From assembly GCA_017654855.1 (NCBI GenBank), contig CM030336.1:3472001-3536000 (forward strand): a DNA stretch of 64,000 nt. Direction: 5' to 3'. The translations under genes and the position numbers were made by a program. The notes below the pieces were generated by a model. That model did not search any database. It had not been told where the DNA came from and worked only from the letters and a program-made list of their open reading frames with translations. Shown piece after piece: positions 25,026 through 38,500 of the stretch (position 1 is its first letter; every line of letters begins with the position of its first letter). The DNA comes from Podospora anserina (taxonomy: Eukaryota).

Positions 25026-27635
25026 CTACCGTAACCATATCTCTTCACATACCATCTCCCCAGGTGTCTGAGTCTCTGTTAGGGGGCCTTTACCAACATA
25101 CGCCGCACCAACAACGCTGTATGACATTGTCTTGTTGTCGTTCCCAGATCTCAGAATCAAGTAACCACCACCCATGGTGCAGCCTCGTACCTGCACCAAG
25201 TAATCACCATGATCCAGTGCTAGCATACGGCTGTTGCTTCCAGTGTATCCCGTATCCGTAACAAAAAAGCGAATCCCCTGGCTGTCATATATTCCGGATG
25301 ATTCAGACTCTCGAAACCACCCCAAGATTCGGACTAAACTAGCAAGCACGCAGACAGGACTTCTGTCTTGCGAGAAGCGAATGGCAAGGGCAGTGACTGC
25401 TGCCAACACGGGCAATTTCAGGAACCACAGGAACTTCCAAAGGTGAACAACAAATGCCACCAGAAATCCGGAGTTGGCGATGACACCGAACGGCCAGGCG
25501 AAGAGGTACAGGCTGGTGTCCCCGAGAAACATGCTTAATTCCTGGGTGACCTCTGAAATCAAGCGGCTCATGACGGGGAGACAAGTAGCGTATCAATGTC
25601 TTGATAGCTTGTTCCTAACGAGGTCTCGAGAATCGAGACGCGAAACTCCTAGTAAGCCGCCGGTGATGAAGACGACATCGCCGGCAGACTGGCGCCACAT
25701 GTTTTGGTTTATGTACGACCTGCCCTTTAAAAAGACCCCGAAGGCCTGTGAGATTGCGTTTGTTTCTAACATCGGCTGGATCTTGAAGCCAGAAACAAGT
25801 CTCATGCGCGCGCCATCACAAGGGCAGGAAGCCACTGTGGTAATCCAGGAACAGAGAAACTGAAAGGCCCTTGGAGTGAAGTAGGTGTGTGATGTATAGG
25901 CTGAGGTTGCGTAGGCTATAACGTCAAATTCTCCCGGAGTGCGGGAGGCTATTCGAACTGAGACAAGAATCTGGCGAATATGTGACCTCCAAGTCAGTTT
26001 TATCAACGTTTCGGCCAGAGCGCTCAAGACAGGGTCTAGAGCAGATCTTTGCAGAAGTGGCTTTGCTTGGTTGATCATGGAGATGAATAAAATCTGCCAT
26101 AGCAGCTGGACCGAATTTACGGTTCCGATCTCTTCCACACGGCCGAAGACTTTAGCTTCCACTAGTAAAGACTGTTTGTTGAGCTCGTATCGAACGGCTT
26201 CGTTTGTGGGCTGAGATGTCGAGACAGAGACAAACGTGTCAAGTGTCGAGTAGAGGCAATGCGCGCCGGTATAGGTTGTGTCCAGTCGGGTATCCAAGAG
26301 GGCAAAGTGATAAGACCCTCTGTTTCCGGGGTATAAGATTTGTCTCGTCCAGCTCGAAGGTTGTTTGTAGCCATTAACAATCCGCGCGTTATAGAACATA
26401 GAGAACTGGATACAAGGTTATACGGATTGTGATTGGCGTGAGAAAGAACGTTATTGAAGAGCCGCATGTAAGAATTTGACTGCTGTGCAAGCCGGATGGC
26501 ATCCACGTTTCCATCAAATCTGAAGCAAGCCAGCGTAACAGCTTCGAAGACTTCAGCATCAGTGACGGCCCACGTCGTGATGGGAATCCCGTGGTCAATC
26601 TCAAGCTCCTTAAAAACACCATAGAGAGAAAAGAACTTGTCTTTGCCTCTTGGCAGGACTTGAAGCGCATGGCATTCATGCCGGCTGTGAAGGAAAACTG
26701 AGACAGACCCGTCAGGAGCGACTGGTAAGCTCTTTTTTGGCCGATGGTCCGTCCGGTGCGACGATGCCCCGGTTCATGAATTTCAACACCCCTTTTCAAA
26801 GCAATGGCATCTGCCAGATAAAACTGCAGAGACACAGCTTGATCAACGCTGGCAGAGGCAGGGAGCACCTTGAGCTTCTTCAGGACATCCCAACCCATAC
26901 GGAGGCTGTAAAGGCTGAGGCATGTATCACCGCAGATCACCCTGACGAGATCTGGGTCTGGGAGCGTAACTTCTTGAACTGGCCATGCCCTGGTGAACCA
27001 AGACCTGAAAAAGAAATCCACCATACTCCTCGTTAGCCGTGGCCATTTCCGGGCCAAGTCTAGTGCGACATCTTCTGGACTCTGTTCATCCTTCCAATGG
27101 CCACCAAACCCAGCGACCTTCTCAAAGTACTCACAAACTAGAGCATTAGACTCGTCCTGTTCACCAAGCCAAACTCGGACGCGAGTCACCTTCTTGTAGA
27201 TGTCGCCCATGATGTCAATCTGATGGCCCTTCCCTTCTTTGCCGTTGCTGCCTGGTTGATGCAGATTGCATCGACCCACATCCGCTTGTTTGTGCTTTTG
27301 TCCTTGCAGACATTTCTGAGCGCAGCGACACAGTTCTTTGTCACATAAATGAGACCTCCATCGCAGATGGTCGGGTCGGTTCCATGTTCAGAGTCCCACG
27401 CGTAGGATAGTGCGGTGAAAGAGGGAGCTGAGGCAAGTGGTACTTCTTCCATGGAGCACGCCATGAGCTCGTAATCGTGGCTCCCATCCGGTGCTTGAAT
27501 CGTGATAAGGCGGATTGCTGAGTCGGTACTAGAGAGCGCACGGTAACTATACTTGGGCGGTGGTGCGGCATGACTAGCTGGCTCGATTTCGAGTTGGAAT
27601 GAGGAATCCCCCCATGTATCCGCTAGTCCGAACAC
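25026..27635 (-). pseudogene. HET-domain gene (het-6-like) with several frameshifts
   Basis: YSYRAL..IRLITI..FTALSYAWD..MWVDAICINQ; frameshift to QIDIMGDIYKKVTRVRVWLGE..WFTRAWPVQEV; later LPSWIPDW; C-terminal FFVTDTGYTG..GDYLVQVRG..LILR..YSVVGAAYV. Confidence 0.8.
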
Positions 27636-28351
27636 ATCGGACCTGCCATATCAAGCCTAATGGTATGTCAATCACGACGGCCCATGTAACCATCACGATG
27701 ATCATCTCGGTGAATATAATGAGATCGAGCTTAGAAGGCATCCTAAGTTATTGGGAACTCGACTTTTTGACACTCCTGTGCGGTGAGATCAGAGTTTCAT
27801 GAGGTGAGGGGAAAAGGGCTCAGCTGAACGCGTCAGATGCATTTCTATTCGCCAGAAGGCTGCAGTTGCCAGGCATCCATAGCCAAGCTTATACAACCTT
27901 AAACGAGCTAGGTCATAATGTATATTCAGTAAATACTACTACCTGACCTGGGTACTCCTAGCCATCGTGACCAATCAAACCTCGTAATTACATCTTTCAG
28001 CATCTTAGATATTCCCGGAAAAAGACCAAACGAGGTGTACAAACAGCTTTAATACCACACCTTATCAGACCGGAACATTGTATCACTCCAGAAAGGTCCA
28101 AATGGGACGCTCATCGAGTAAGGTATCAAGGTGAGGTATTCTTCGCAGACAATAGGTTTTATATCACGTTCAAGAACAAAAGCAAACACCATTTGTGAGC
28201 TTTCCACCGCAATATCAAAGACCCAAGCCAGATACCTGGTCTGGATTTATCTACCGTAATGAACCTGCGTCATACTCCTTGTCTACATTCCCTAGACACG
28301 GCCCTTGCCACTCCTTCTCAAGCCTCCGCATCCATCCTTCCCTTCCATCAG

Positions 28352-29131
28352 TTAAAGCTCCAATGGCACCCCAGGCTTAGGCCACCGCACCGAATCCAAC
28401 ACCCCCTCCTCCCGAAGCTCCTTCGCCAACTCGGGCTCATTCTGCGTGAAATGATCCCACGACTCATGATGCATAGGAACCAGCACATCAGCCTTGATAT
28501 CCCGAAACAGCTGTGCTCCTTGCTTCCCACACATGGTAATCTGCAACCCATCAAACGTCGCCTTCCCTAGATTCATCAAAGCAATAACAATGTGATACTT
28601 CTCCGCCATGCGCGCCAGCTCGGGGATGTAGACGGTATCCCCAGTGAAGTAAATGGCATTTGGCTTCCCATCGGCCGCAACGCCAAAGTCTTCTGTGTGG
28701 ACGATGAAACCGACACATTCATGCCCCGGCCAGTGTTTGCAAGGCGTGGCTGTGATGCTGAATATCTTTCCAGCAACGCGAACCTTGCGCTCCTCCCAGT
28801 CCTTAAAGCCGATTACGCTGGGTCGAGGGGCAAGGTTGTTTGCGCCGTCGACGGTGGTAAACACCCGCCTGCCGTCGAGAAGCTGACGACCGGGAGGGTC
28901 GAGGTTGTCGGCGTGGTTCTCGTGGCTGAGGAGGACCGCGTCGATGTGGGGGAGCTGGTCGAGTTTGAGGGCTGGGTCGTCATGGACTTTGCAGATGCGG
29001 CCCGCGAACTCGAATCCGGTGCCGGCGGGGGAGAAGAAGGGGTCGGTGAGGAAGGTGATGCCGTCGATGTCGAGGATGGCGGTAGCGGTGCCGATGTGGG
29101 TGATGGTGACTTTGTTCTTGAAGGTTGACAT
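28352..29131 (-). CDS. Metallo-beta-lactamase-fold hydrolase (UlaG-like)
   Basis: ITHIGTATAILDIDGITFLTDPFF, VLLSHENHADNLD, IYFTGDT, LVPMHHESWDHF. ATG at 29131. Confidence 0.85.
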   Translation of the reverse strand: MSTFKNKVTITHIGTATAILDIDGITFLTDPFFSPAGTGFEFAGRICKVHDDPALKLDQLPHIDAVLLSHENHADNLDPPGRQLLDGRRVFTTVDGANNLAPRPSVIGFKDWEERKVRVAGKIFSITATPCKHWPGHECVGFIVHTEDFGVAADGKPNAIYFTGDTVYIPELARMAEKYHIVIALMNLGKATFDGLQITMCGKQGAQLFRDIKADVLVPMHHESWDHFTQNEPELAKELREEGVLDSVRWPKPGVPLEL

Positions 29132-30421
29132 GGCTGGTGAATGCTTTTGAGACTGTAAAACAAGGTGTTGAAGTGCTTTGTTAGGCGGCTGAGGTTTCTC
29201 TGATGAATTGTGAACTTTGGATGATAAGTTAGGTTCCGACTTGGAACCGTTAGAGTTCTTATACAGTTCCCTTCTCCCCGTTCGTACCCTCTTGAATTGG
29301 CTGATAAACTGCAAATTTTCATTACCCTTCCATACAAAGGCGATTAGTAATTATAATCGCCAAATTAACTCATCAGCTTCAGCAAAATCGATTCTCGATT
29401 TCAAAGCGTTGCAGAAGACTGCTAGTCATGCGTCGGAACAATGACATCTGATCCTGGCTTCTCGGTCTTTCCTCCGTGATACCCACCTCTTTGCCCAGTC
29501 CAAATGGCAACAAGGTTTCTGCTGTCAGATTACAAGGATGGTCAGTGAACAGTGATACACCTCACCTAGACCAAAATGAAGACACCTACTCTTCCTACGA
29601 GTCTCTCCCACAAGTCACAGGCTCAACACAGAGTCTTCTCATCCTCGTCTTCTCCTCTAACGAGTGATGCTTTCGAGGCCACTGAGGTAAAAACTGAAGT
29701 TTGCACAAACAAATCACATGTCTCCCAAAATACCAGAGATAAGTCCCAGGATCTATGCCAGTCTGGACCTCAACATGTCGTCACAAACTTTTTGAAAGGT
29801 CCACTCTGTCTAGGTGCGGCGTTGAGAGCTTGTTTGTAAGCTGGTCTTGGCGGAATATGCATCCTGAATAGGCTTAGTGCTCGACGGTGACCCCTGACAG
29901 GGATCATGGTTTCTCAAGAACAGGCACACAACTGTTCTTCAGCCAGTACGCCGTTGAAAGAAATTTGGAAGATGTGCAGAAATGAGGATGCAGTCTCGAA
30001 GATATGGCGTTTGTCTGGGAATGAGCTTTCTTGTGTTCTGGTGTAAAGGGAGGTGCTTGCATACCTGGCTGCCTCCCGGAGTAGACGTATTGACTTCTTT
30101 ATCATCTTGGCTCAGTTCATCAGCTAGGTAGGCTAGGCCAATGGCAATGATGGGTCAAGACTGGAGTCCTTCCAGGCTTTCCCCTCTCAAGGATGTGCGG
30201 AGGCCCTGCAGGGTTCCAACCCGGCCGGGCTGATGAATGCTTTCCCTCCGACGTGCCGAGAGACTAAGGAGGCGTTTTAAGTCCTGGTGGCATTTATAAA
30301 CTTAGACTCCTTTGTTACATCATTCAGAATGTAGCAAAAGTTTGGGGCCAGTCTCCAAAGCAAAAAGATCAGCACGAATTCAGTTACCTGTTGTGAACAA
30401 CCTGGCTGTGCTGCCGGCACG

Positions 30422-31822
30422 ATGGCAGCCACCAGTGATACACCGCCAGATGGAGGCTTGAAGGCCTGGCTATCTGGTAAGCTCTCCGAGAAGAATCATT
30501 GGCCTCGATGCTGATCCCGTCAATTTAGTACTGGCCGGCTTCTTCGTCATCATGAACAGCTGGTATGTATACCCAAGTGTATCATTCCTCATTCAATCCG
30601 CTGACAAGCATACCAGGGGAATCATCATATCCTTCGGCATCTTCCAAACATACTACGTCTCAACCCTTCATCTTCCCCCCTCTGACATCTCGTGGATCGG
30701 ATCTCTCGCCGTTTTCTTGCTCTTCTTCGGCGGCATCATCAGTGGCCGCCTCACGGATGCTGGTTATTTCCGCACCACCACAACGCTCGGCGCATTTCTC
30801 ATTGTCTTTGGGTGTTTCATGACGTCTTTATGCACAACATACTGGCAGCTGGTGCTGGCCCAAGGAGTTTGCATTGGCATTGGCAACGGATGCTTGCTCA
30901 CACCCATGATGACCGTCGTCTCGACATACTTTGGACGCAGGTTACCGCTTGCCATGGGAATTGCCGCGTGTGGAAGTGTTGTGGGGGGTCTCGTATACAC
31001 TGGTATGGCGAGGACATTGCTACCTACTATTGGTTTTGGGTGGACTTTGAGGGCCATTGGGTTCATTCAACTGGGCACGTTGACGCTGGCGATGGTGGTG
31101 GTGCGACCGAGACAGTTACCGCCGAAGGCCGAGAAGACACTGCCAGTGGTGGATTTCACTGCTTTCAGAGAGCCCGCGTTCAGTCTGTTTGTTCTTGGCT
31201 CATTCTTGGCATGTTTATTCTCTTCTCACAGATACATACCATGGAACCTTGCTGACGAGCCTGAGCCCAGTCATTCATGGGCGTTTTCTTCGGGTTCTTT
31301 TACCTCGCTTCATACGCCCGGGACATAAACGGGATGAGTTACACAGAGTCCCTAAACCTGTTGCTCGCCCTCAACGGAATTGGTTTCGCAGGACGTCTAC
31401 TGCCGACCCCCCTCGCCAAACTCTTCGGTACTCTCAACACCTTCATCGCACTCATTCTGGCCTCGGCGTTGGCCATGTATACGTGGATCGCTGTGAATTC
31501 GACCGCCGGACTGTACGGTTGGACTACCTTGTACAGCATTGCTGTGGGCGGCGTTCAGTCCTTGATGCCGGCGGCGGTAGCCGTGTTGAACTCGGATCTG
31601 CGCAACGTGGGGTCACGTTTGGGAATTGTTTTTGGTGCTATTGGCATTGGGTCTCTGATCGGTTCGCCGATAGCTGGTGGGCTCATTACTGCTGGAGGTG
31701 GATTCTATGTCGGGGCACAAGCCTTCTCAGGGAGTGCCCTCGCTACAGGTGCGTTACTCATCCTCTTGGCGAGGGAAATCATGAGAAAAAAGACACGTGC
31801 AAGTTTTTGGTCCAAATTGTAG
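30422..31822 (+). CDS. MFS monocarboxylate/riboflavin-type transporter (MCH-like), multi-exon
   Basis: PPDGGLKAWL, SFGIFQTYY, ISWIGS, GRLTDAGY, LAQGVCIGIG and many TM helices. The frame changes coincide with probable short introns. Confidence 0.85.
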
Positions 31823-32120
31823 GAAGCTTTCAATAATGCTTAGTTAGACATTATGGCGTCCGAGCAAGTATGCCCGCTCTATCAACTGCGTCCTTAGGCG
31901 ACCAAGAACAAGAAGCGGTTCCTTTGTTTGTGGCTTTTCTTTGCCTGGAGCCCCCCATGGAGACCGATACCAGTAATCCGTCAGCACCAGGCAACGCGTT
32001 GAAACGAGATATCTTTGCCGCTCTCAATTCCGTGAGATGCTCTGGGAGTTTTGCCTGCCTCAATCGTTTTTACCACCGGCTCGAGAACGGCAAGACCTTC
32101 CCGTTATCGTTTAGAATGCC

Positions 32121-32544
32121 CAGGATGGTCGATGAGATAAGACGGTTTTGACTCATCTTGTAAGATGGGCCTGTGAGACGAGCCAAATTGGCCTTATTTT
32201 TGCTCAAGCCAAATCAAATCCACCTGCCGTCTTATCTTACATCTTGCAAGACGAAGGGTATATATTTTGAGGCTTTTTTTGAAGTACTGAAATAGCGGTA
32301 ATACCTGGGCTTTTGGTGGTGAGGATACGGCCTGAGTGAGAGTTGTAGCCTGGGTAAGGGTAAGGGTTGTGGTTTAGTAGCCAATAACTTTATTAGATAT
32401 CGGGCCGGAAAAATAACCGGAAGTCTTGCAAGCTAGTGAGATGAACGAAATCTTAATGGCTTTAAGCTAAATCGAGGCCTTGGGCCGGTGAGCTAAGTCA
32501 AATTGACGGCCGTCTCATCTCATCTCATCTCATCGACCACCCTG
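32121..32544. mobile_element. Non-autonomous DNA transposon (MITE-like) with TIRs and imperfect 7-bp TSD
   Basis: Left end CAGGATGGTCGATGAGATAAGACGG; reverse complement of right end CAGGGTGGTCGATGAGATGAGA... Flanks GAATGCC (32114-32120) and GAATACC (32545-32551). No ORF inside. Confidence 0.8.
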
Positions 32545-33110
32545 GAATACCCTTAAGGACTTTTTTTTACTTACCCCTAACCTGCCCCTTTGGTGGAGTT
32601 TTGGGTGTGGGCTATGTCCGTGCTTCATCTGAGGAAATCCAATTCTTTCCCAGTTTCATTTCACTCTTTCATCTTCCTGTTGCTGTCGCACTGAATCAAC
32701 AGCACAAGCTTCTCTTTCAGTCGGCACCTGGAACCCGGTGACCACGCCACTCAGATGAGCCCCCAAGGTCTTTGCCCACCAACAACACTAGATATCTCGT
32801 TCAGCTCCAATTGCATCATCTTTACCAAGCTCGTCTCCGAGTACAGTCCCATTTAAGACTTCCTTTCTCACTAGAAGTTTTCGGCAAACAAGTTCAGTCT
32901 AACATGAACAGCAAAACACCATCAAAATCACCTGACATAAATTCTACTACAGCCATAAACGTCATAAAAGCAAACACAAACACGCAAAGAGATGAATTCC
33001 CCCAACTTGAACAACAGCCCAGACCATAGGTCCAGATCCTTCCCTTATTTAAAAACAAACTGATCCCTCAAATCCACTCATTCTCCATTTCCCAGTCAAT
33101 AGGCAGACGA

Positions 33111-34133
33111 CTACCCTCCACATTCTCCATCAACAAGACTCCCTTTTTTGACAAGCCACACCGTAAACTTAACAATCTCTGATTCAGGTTTTGCCCAAAT
33201 AACAGGCCACATGGCCCCTTTAGGCAGAATTTCCTTTCGATAGACCCGAAGCACCAAACTCTGAAAGTAATTTTTGTCGCCCAGTTTCACAGCCAGTTCC
33301 CAGATGGGATCCCCGAAAGTCAGGACAAGCAACAGGCCCTTATACACTTGGTCACCAAGCTAATAAGCATCCGCAGAGACGAACTTAGAGTTTCCTTTTG
33401 ACCTGGTGGCTAGCCTTTCAATTGACTTTGTGAGAGACAACAACCTCTTTTCGACAGCCTTGCCAATATCTTGTTGATATAATGCTTCAAGGCTAGGTTT
33501 GCGCATGGATAAAGTTTTTTCACTGCGGGTCGGGTATCTTGAATAGGGCAAGCCATTCGACGCGGCTGATTGGTCTGGTAGCTTGGAGGGTGCTCTTGAT
33601 GCACGTCTTTTCAAAGACCAGATCTTTGTTCAGGACCCATTTCTCCACCTTGACCGGAGACTTGTAACTTGACGTGTATTCATGAAGGTGGAAGACAAAA
33701 GTACGGTGGCGTAGCAACTCGCGAGGGGTCGCGCGGTTGTCTTCCAGTCCATTTCTCAACTCTGTCTCCGTCTTTATCCACATATGTCTCGTCGGACAGG
33801 CGTTTGAATGGAACAGGGCGTGAATAGTCTCTGCTTGGCATCGTTCACGGCAGCGTCCCAGCTGCCCCAAAGTGAAATGAAAGGGCTTGGATGCCGATTT
33901 CTCCAATCGAGATGTTGGTGTAGTGCGTCGCCTGTGGTTACTTCAGAGAACAGTACATCTTGCTGACGAGGTTTGAAGAGTTTTGCACGAAACCCGCGCC
34001 CGATTCTGTAGGGAGCCTGCGAACCGTTATCAAACACGCGGTAGAGCGTGATATCTTCTCCATCAAGATGCGGCCCGAACTCGAAGGGCCGAAAGTCGCT
34101 CTCCTTTTCAGCCAGGCACGGTTTGGAAGTCAT
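33111..34133 (-). pseudogene. Disrupted gene with ADP-ribosyltransferase-like signature (copy A)
   Basis: ITLYRVFD..HLDWRNRHPSPFISLWGSW..RVEWLALFKIP across frames, with stops and frameshifts. C-terminal LGDQVYKGLL..DPIW. Confidence 0.55.
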
Positions 34134-34536
34134 AGTCAATGGGGCTGAGGCACGAATTATGATAAAAAGTCTGTCTTGTTGTGAGGCTGTCTGAGGTGAA
34201 ATCAGCATGAGCTAGATGAGCGGGTTTGGAATGATTCTGCTATCTGCTCGCATCAGATGAACCCACAACAACTCCACCCCTGATGCGAGGAGAGACCTTG
34301 TCTCCTTTTGGGGGAAAAAGACGAGAAAGAAAGCTAAATTGTGCGGGTCTGGTATCATAGCTATCGATGAAAGTCATATCACATGAAGATGGGCTCGTCA
34401 ATGGGCTCAACCACCAGCCTTTCCCCGCGAATGACCCAGTCAATATTACCTTCCAAGCCATCCAGCTCCCAAAGGCTTCCATATCGCGACAACCATGAGC
34501 TAAAGTTTTTGACCAAGACCATTTCATCGTCTTGAA

Positions 34537-35593
34537 TCATTCCCATCTGGCCCGATCTGCAGTCTCGGGAAATACTTTGCGGTAGATATAAATTACCAAA
34601 TCCTGGAACCTCTTCAATACCCTCTTAGGGGCGACAGTCTTCCAAAGCGGATCAGACATGGAGCCCATTACTAGCAAGCCTTGATACAACTTGTCCCCGA
34701 GGTTGGACTTGTTTCCACAAAAGGCCGTCCGTATCTCCCCTCGCAATCTTGTCAATGTGCCGCCCAGTTGCTTCTTTCGCTGAGTCTTGCTGGTGGGAAA
34801 CTTGGCGGAACGAACCATCGGGGTGCAAGAATTTCTTCTTCATCATATGAGGGGCAACATGGCGCCATCTCAACTCTGTCCCCGCATCGACGTGATCGGT
34901 GCTGCCTCCACTGCACTCAGAGCAATCCTGTACGCTCAGAGCCTTCAAGCGTTGCCGAAATGTAAGCCCGGTACGCCGTTCCACAAGTCGAGTCGCATCC
35001 CGGAACGTCAAGATTTTAACCACCGCATCATCTAAAACCGAATACATGGCTAGCCACTCCTTGGGGCTGATTGGGGATTTCTTGGCCCAGAGTGTCGCCA
35101 ATAAGTCTTTATGCTCTGGTTTGTTCAAGAGCTCTGCAAGGTTGAAAGCAAGGCTGTTGGTCTCCAGAAGCTGGTTCCGCGAGACAACAGCGGCCTGAAC
35201 CTCGTTATGGAATATCGATTGTCTCGTGCTTTGGAAGTACACCTCGGGTTTCTTGAGTCGTCATTCGACCTCTTTCTCTCCCTTTGCCCAGTCATCCTAG
35301 AGTGAAACGAATGGTGTTGCGTTTTGGTGATTCCAGTTCGAGTGGTTGCTAAGTGATTCTGCTGAAAGCCCGCCATATTCTCCAAGGGTCGAGACCGACA
35401 TTCCGGCGCGGATTCCGACTCCGTCAATGTACGGGGTTTGGGAGAGGCTGTCGTAGACATGGTAGAGCTTGATATCGTCAAGGTCTGAGTGATTTTTGCC
35501 TCCATCAAAATAGGGACCAACAGACCAGACAACATGACCACCAGAAAAGATGGCGAGACCGCTCATCAGCGATGGCAGGTCGTCGGCGTCCAT
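34537..35593 (-). pseudogene. Disrupted paralog of 33111-34133 (copy B)
   Basis: IKLYHVYD..HSNWNHQNATPFVSL*DDW..PKEWLAMYSV..LGDKLYQGLL..DPLW. TAG stands where copy A has Trp. Confidence 0.55.
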
Positions 35594-38500
35594 GATTGAT
35601 GAATGAAGATGGTTATTCAGAGAGCGGCTGGAGGAGAAGCTGGAGGTCTGACTGTCACACGGCAAAGACCAACCTCCAGAAGCCACGACCAACAACAACG
35701 CCAAATATCACCTTAAGGAGGGGCAACTGCACGTTGTGAGCCTCTCGTCAAAAGTGAGGCAGACAAACAGAGGCAAGGCGGGTATCAAAGGAATCCTATT
35801 GGCCCAGAGAGATATTGAAGGACTTGGTAGAGGCCTGAGGCACGAAGGCACGGACCATTTGACGGGAGATAAACACGCGTTCAGAATCACTGTATTGCTC
35901 CTAGTTTTCCTTCATCATGGACTTCGAGGCCATTGAAGATTATTACTGGAATTGAACTATTTGTTCCAAGCCCTGTATCACAGCCCTTGTCACACTGACG
36001 TAGGATGGCCCAGCTAGTCAAGTGAGGGGATGTTCCATAGGTGTCCCTATATCACTATCCTCCACCATGCCAAGGGCCAGCCCGTCGATTATATGCCACC
36101 CTAAGACACTATAACGTGATGGTATTGTCTCTTGGTTGATATTTGGGATAGGTTGCAAAAAAACAAAGTTGAGTGTTATATTCCCTGGCCGTTCACATCT
36201 CCGGTCTATATTTTACTCTGTAAAGAGAGATACAGCTTGTAGAGCCGGAATAGTGGAAACGGGAGTGGATGATTATTGCTGGGCTTTGATGGACTCGGGA
36301 ACTTAAATAGAATAATATAATATATTAGGCTTTTCCTCCTTACTTATCAACTTCTTTTCGCCTAGTGAAGTAAGCCGTAGTAACCAGAGATAATATCAAG
36401 GATCTGATTAGGCACTCGATTAGGTAGTTTGCAAGTTCGGATGGGAAGGTTAGTTCGAGGGGACGGATAGGGTGTGGGGAGCCTAATACGCCTTCTGATG
36501 TGTTGATTCTTTGGGGGTTGTTTTAGGGGGTTTTTGGTTGATGGAAAATTGTGGGGATGGTGGTAGTTGTCGGGGTGATGGACTGGGTTGAGAGGACTTG
36601 AGGATTTTGCAAGGCCAACGGGGTTTGACTGTCTGTATTAACGCGGTGGTGATCCGAAAGGGCTTTTCTTTGGGAACAATGTGCTTTTAGATTGTTTAGT
36701 TGTCTGCTTGGAATTCTGCGTACGGCCAGAATGAGACCTTGGTGTTGAGCTGAACAGAAGCTTGTACATATGATTGAAGTCCCTGAATCAATGTATCAAC
36801 TAGGCAGGGATCCAAGTACGTAAGTTAGATGACGGAAACTGTAGTATCAGGTTGTCGTCTCATCAAAGCCTGAATATTTCTAATTATCTTCACAATTCAT
36901 TGACCGCTTTGAGCCTCGTTCATTTGATGTTACTCTCTCGTAAGACCACCAACACAGACACTTGCAATGGACCTTATATCTGCTGACAGGTCGGTATGCA
37001 TTTTATTGGAGAAGATTATTAGGGCTAGCTACCGGGGATAAAAAAACAATTGATCATCACCGTCCCATTAACGTGTAGCATTACCATGTTAGCATCAGAT
37101 TAATGGATCTATTCCGAGTCACCATGGGAAAATACAGCCACGGTTTCTTGTTTTCTCCCCCAGTTATCACCGATGCAGTGCATCTTGCCTCGTATTGTCT
37201 TTTGTTCCACGGTAACAAAACCAGCTGCAGCCCTGTTGCCAGTATGTAAGCTGACCAAGTAATCCATCAACGGCGGCTTTCTTGTCAATCTCAATGTTGA
37301 AAGAAAGAAACCTAATTATAAGGTACCAACAATGACATCAAATTGCCAGGCAGGCGATGACTCTTTCCCTGAAGATGATAGAAAGTACCTATGGATCACA
37401 CGACGGCAGTAGTTGCCTGGATAGTCGTTCCTTCCACCTGCAGAAATTTCTTCGAGCACGAGCTGATTTGGTGTCGTTCCTAATCCGACAGCGGCCTCAA
37501 ATTTTCACCACCATCCTGGTTTCCACCAATCAGTCGTCTTTCCATGCTTGATGTCGAGGCTATCTCCAACTCCTCCGGCCGGCAATACCTTTGTCGACAT
37601 TCGTTTACTCTGTTGGTCCTGGCCGCATTGCCACCACATCGGTCCGATGCGTTTTTTTTGCTCCTGCCTTCGCCCGACAGTGGCGACGTGTTATTCTCTA
37701 TCTCTTGCGTTCAAGCTGGCAAGACAATAGTCTCAATGCTAGGCAATCATCCGGAATTCGGCAGTCCTTTTTGTTCCCGGTTGTCAGTTGCTTTGCCTGC
37801 CGCCGGCAGCCTCGGAAGGAGATATCGCTTGTCGGATGGGTAAAGCAGAGCACCATAGCTGGGCAACCAAGACGTCTTATCTCGGCCTCGAAAGGGTTTG
37901 TCCCGCTAACACCAGACTAGAATCGAGGCTTGGCGTCCCGGCGGATTGCCACACTCCCGGCAGTCTTTATGGCAGGCTTGGCCGCTCCGCACAAAACTTC
38001 CGAATCCGTGACGGCCTGCTTGGCGTACCGATAACCTGGCAGGAAAATCAATTGGTCATGGCTTTTGCTGGGGCTCCGACCTCTCTTACCGCTCAAAACC
38101 TCCAATCGCTCCAATGGGAGCCTTATCAATCGTCCCCAGGTGCGGGATGCGCGAACCCCAAAACTGACAGCGCGCATCTTCCGTCCCTGGCCCAACTCGG
38201 CATTCCAGGTCCCAAGGGCAACTTTGATCTGGTTCGCTGAAGGTTTCAGGACGTTCCGATATCTTGAACACCTCCGCAGCCAAGCGGGCCGGACGACGAC
38301 AAGCCTCTCACTACCGTCCACATGGTTACGGCTCGTCGCGTCGGTCAAGCTCCTCCGGAACGAGATACCGAAGATGGTCGTTACTGTCTCAACTGCGAGT
38401 TCTACCCTGTGTTGGTTCTGTTGGACTGCATACCGCGGATACCAGGAGCTGGAACACATCATCACCTGTGCCCAACATGACTGAACAAGGGAGATTGATT

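Noticed and set aside
37788-38484. Overlapping 139-150 aa ORFs
   Set aside because: No recognisable motifs or consistent splice pattern; may be gene debris.
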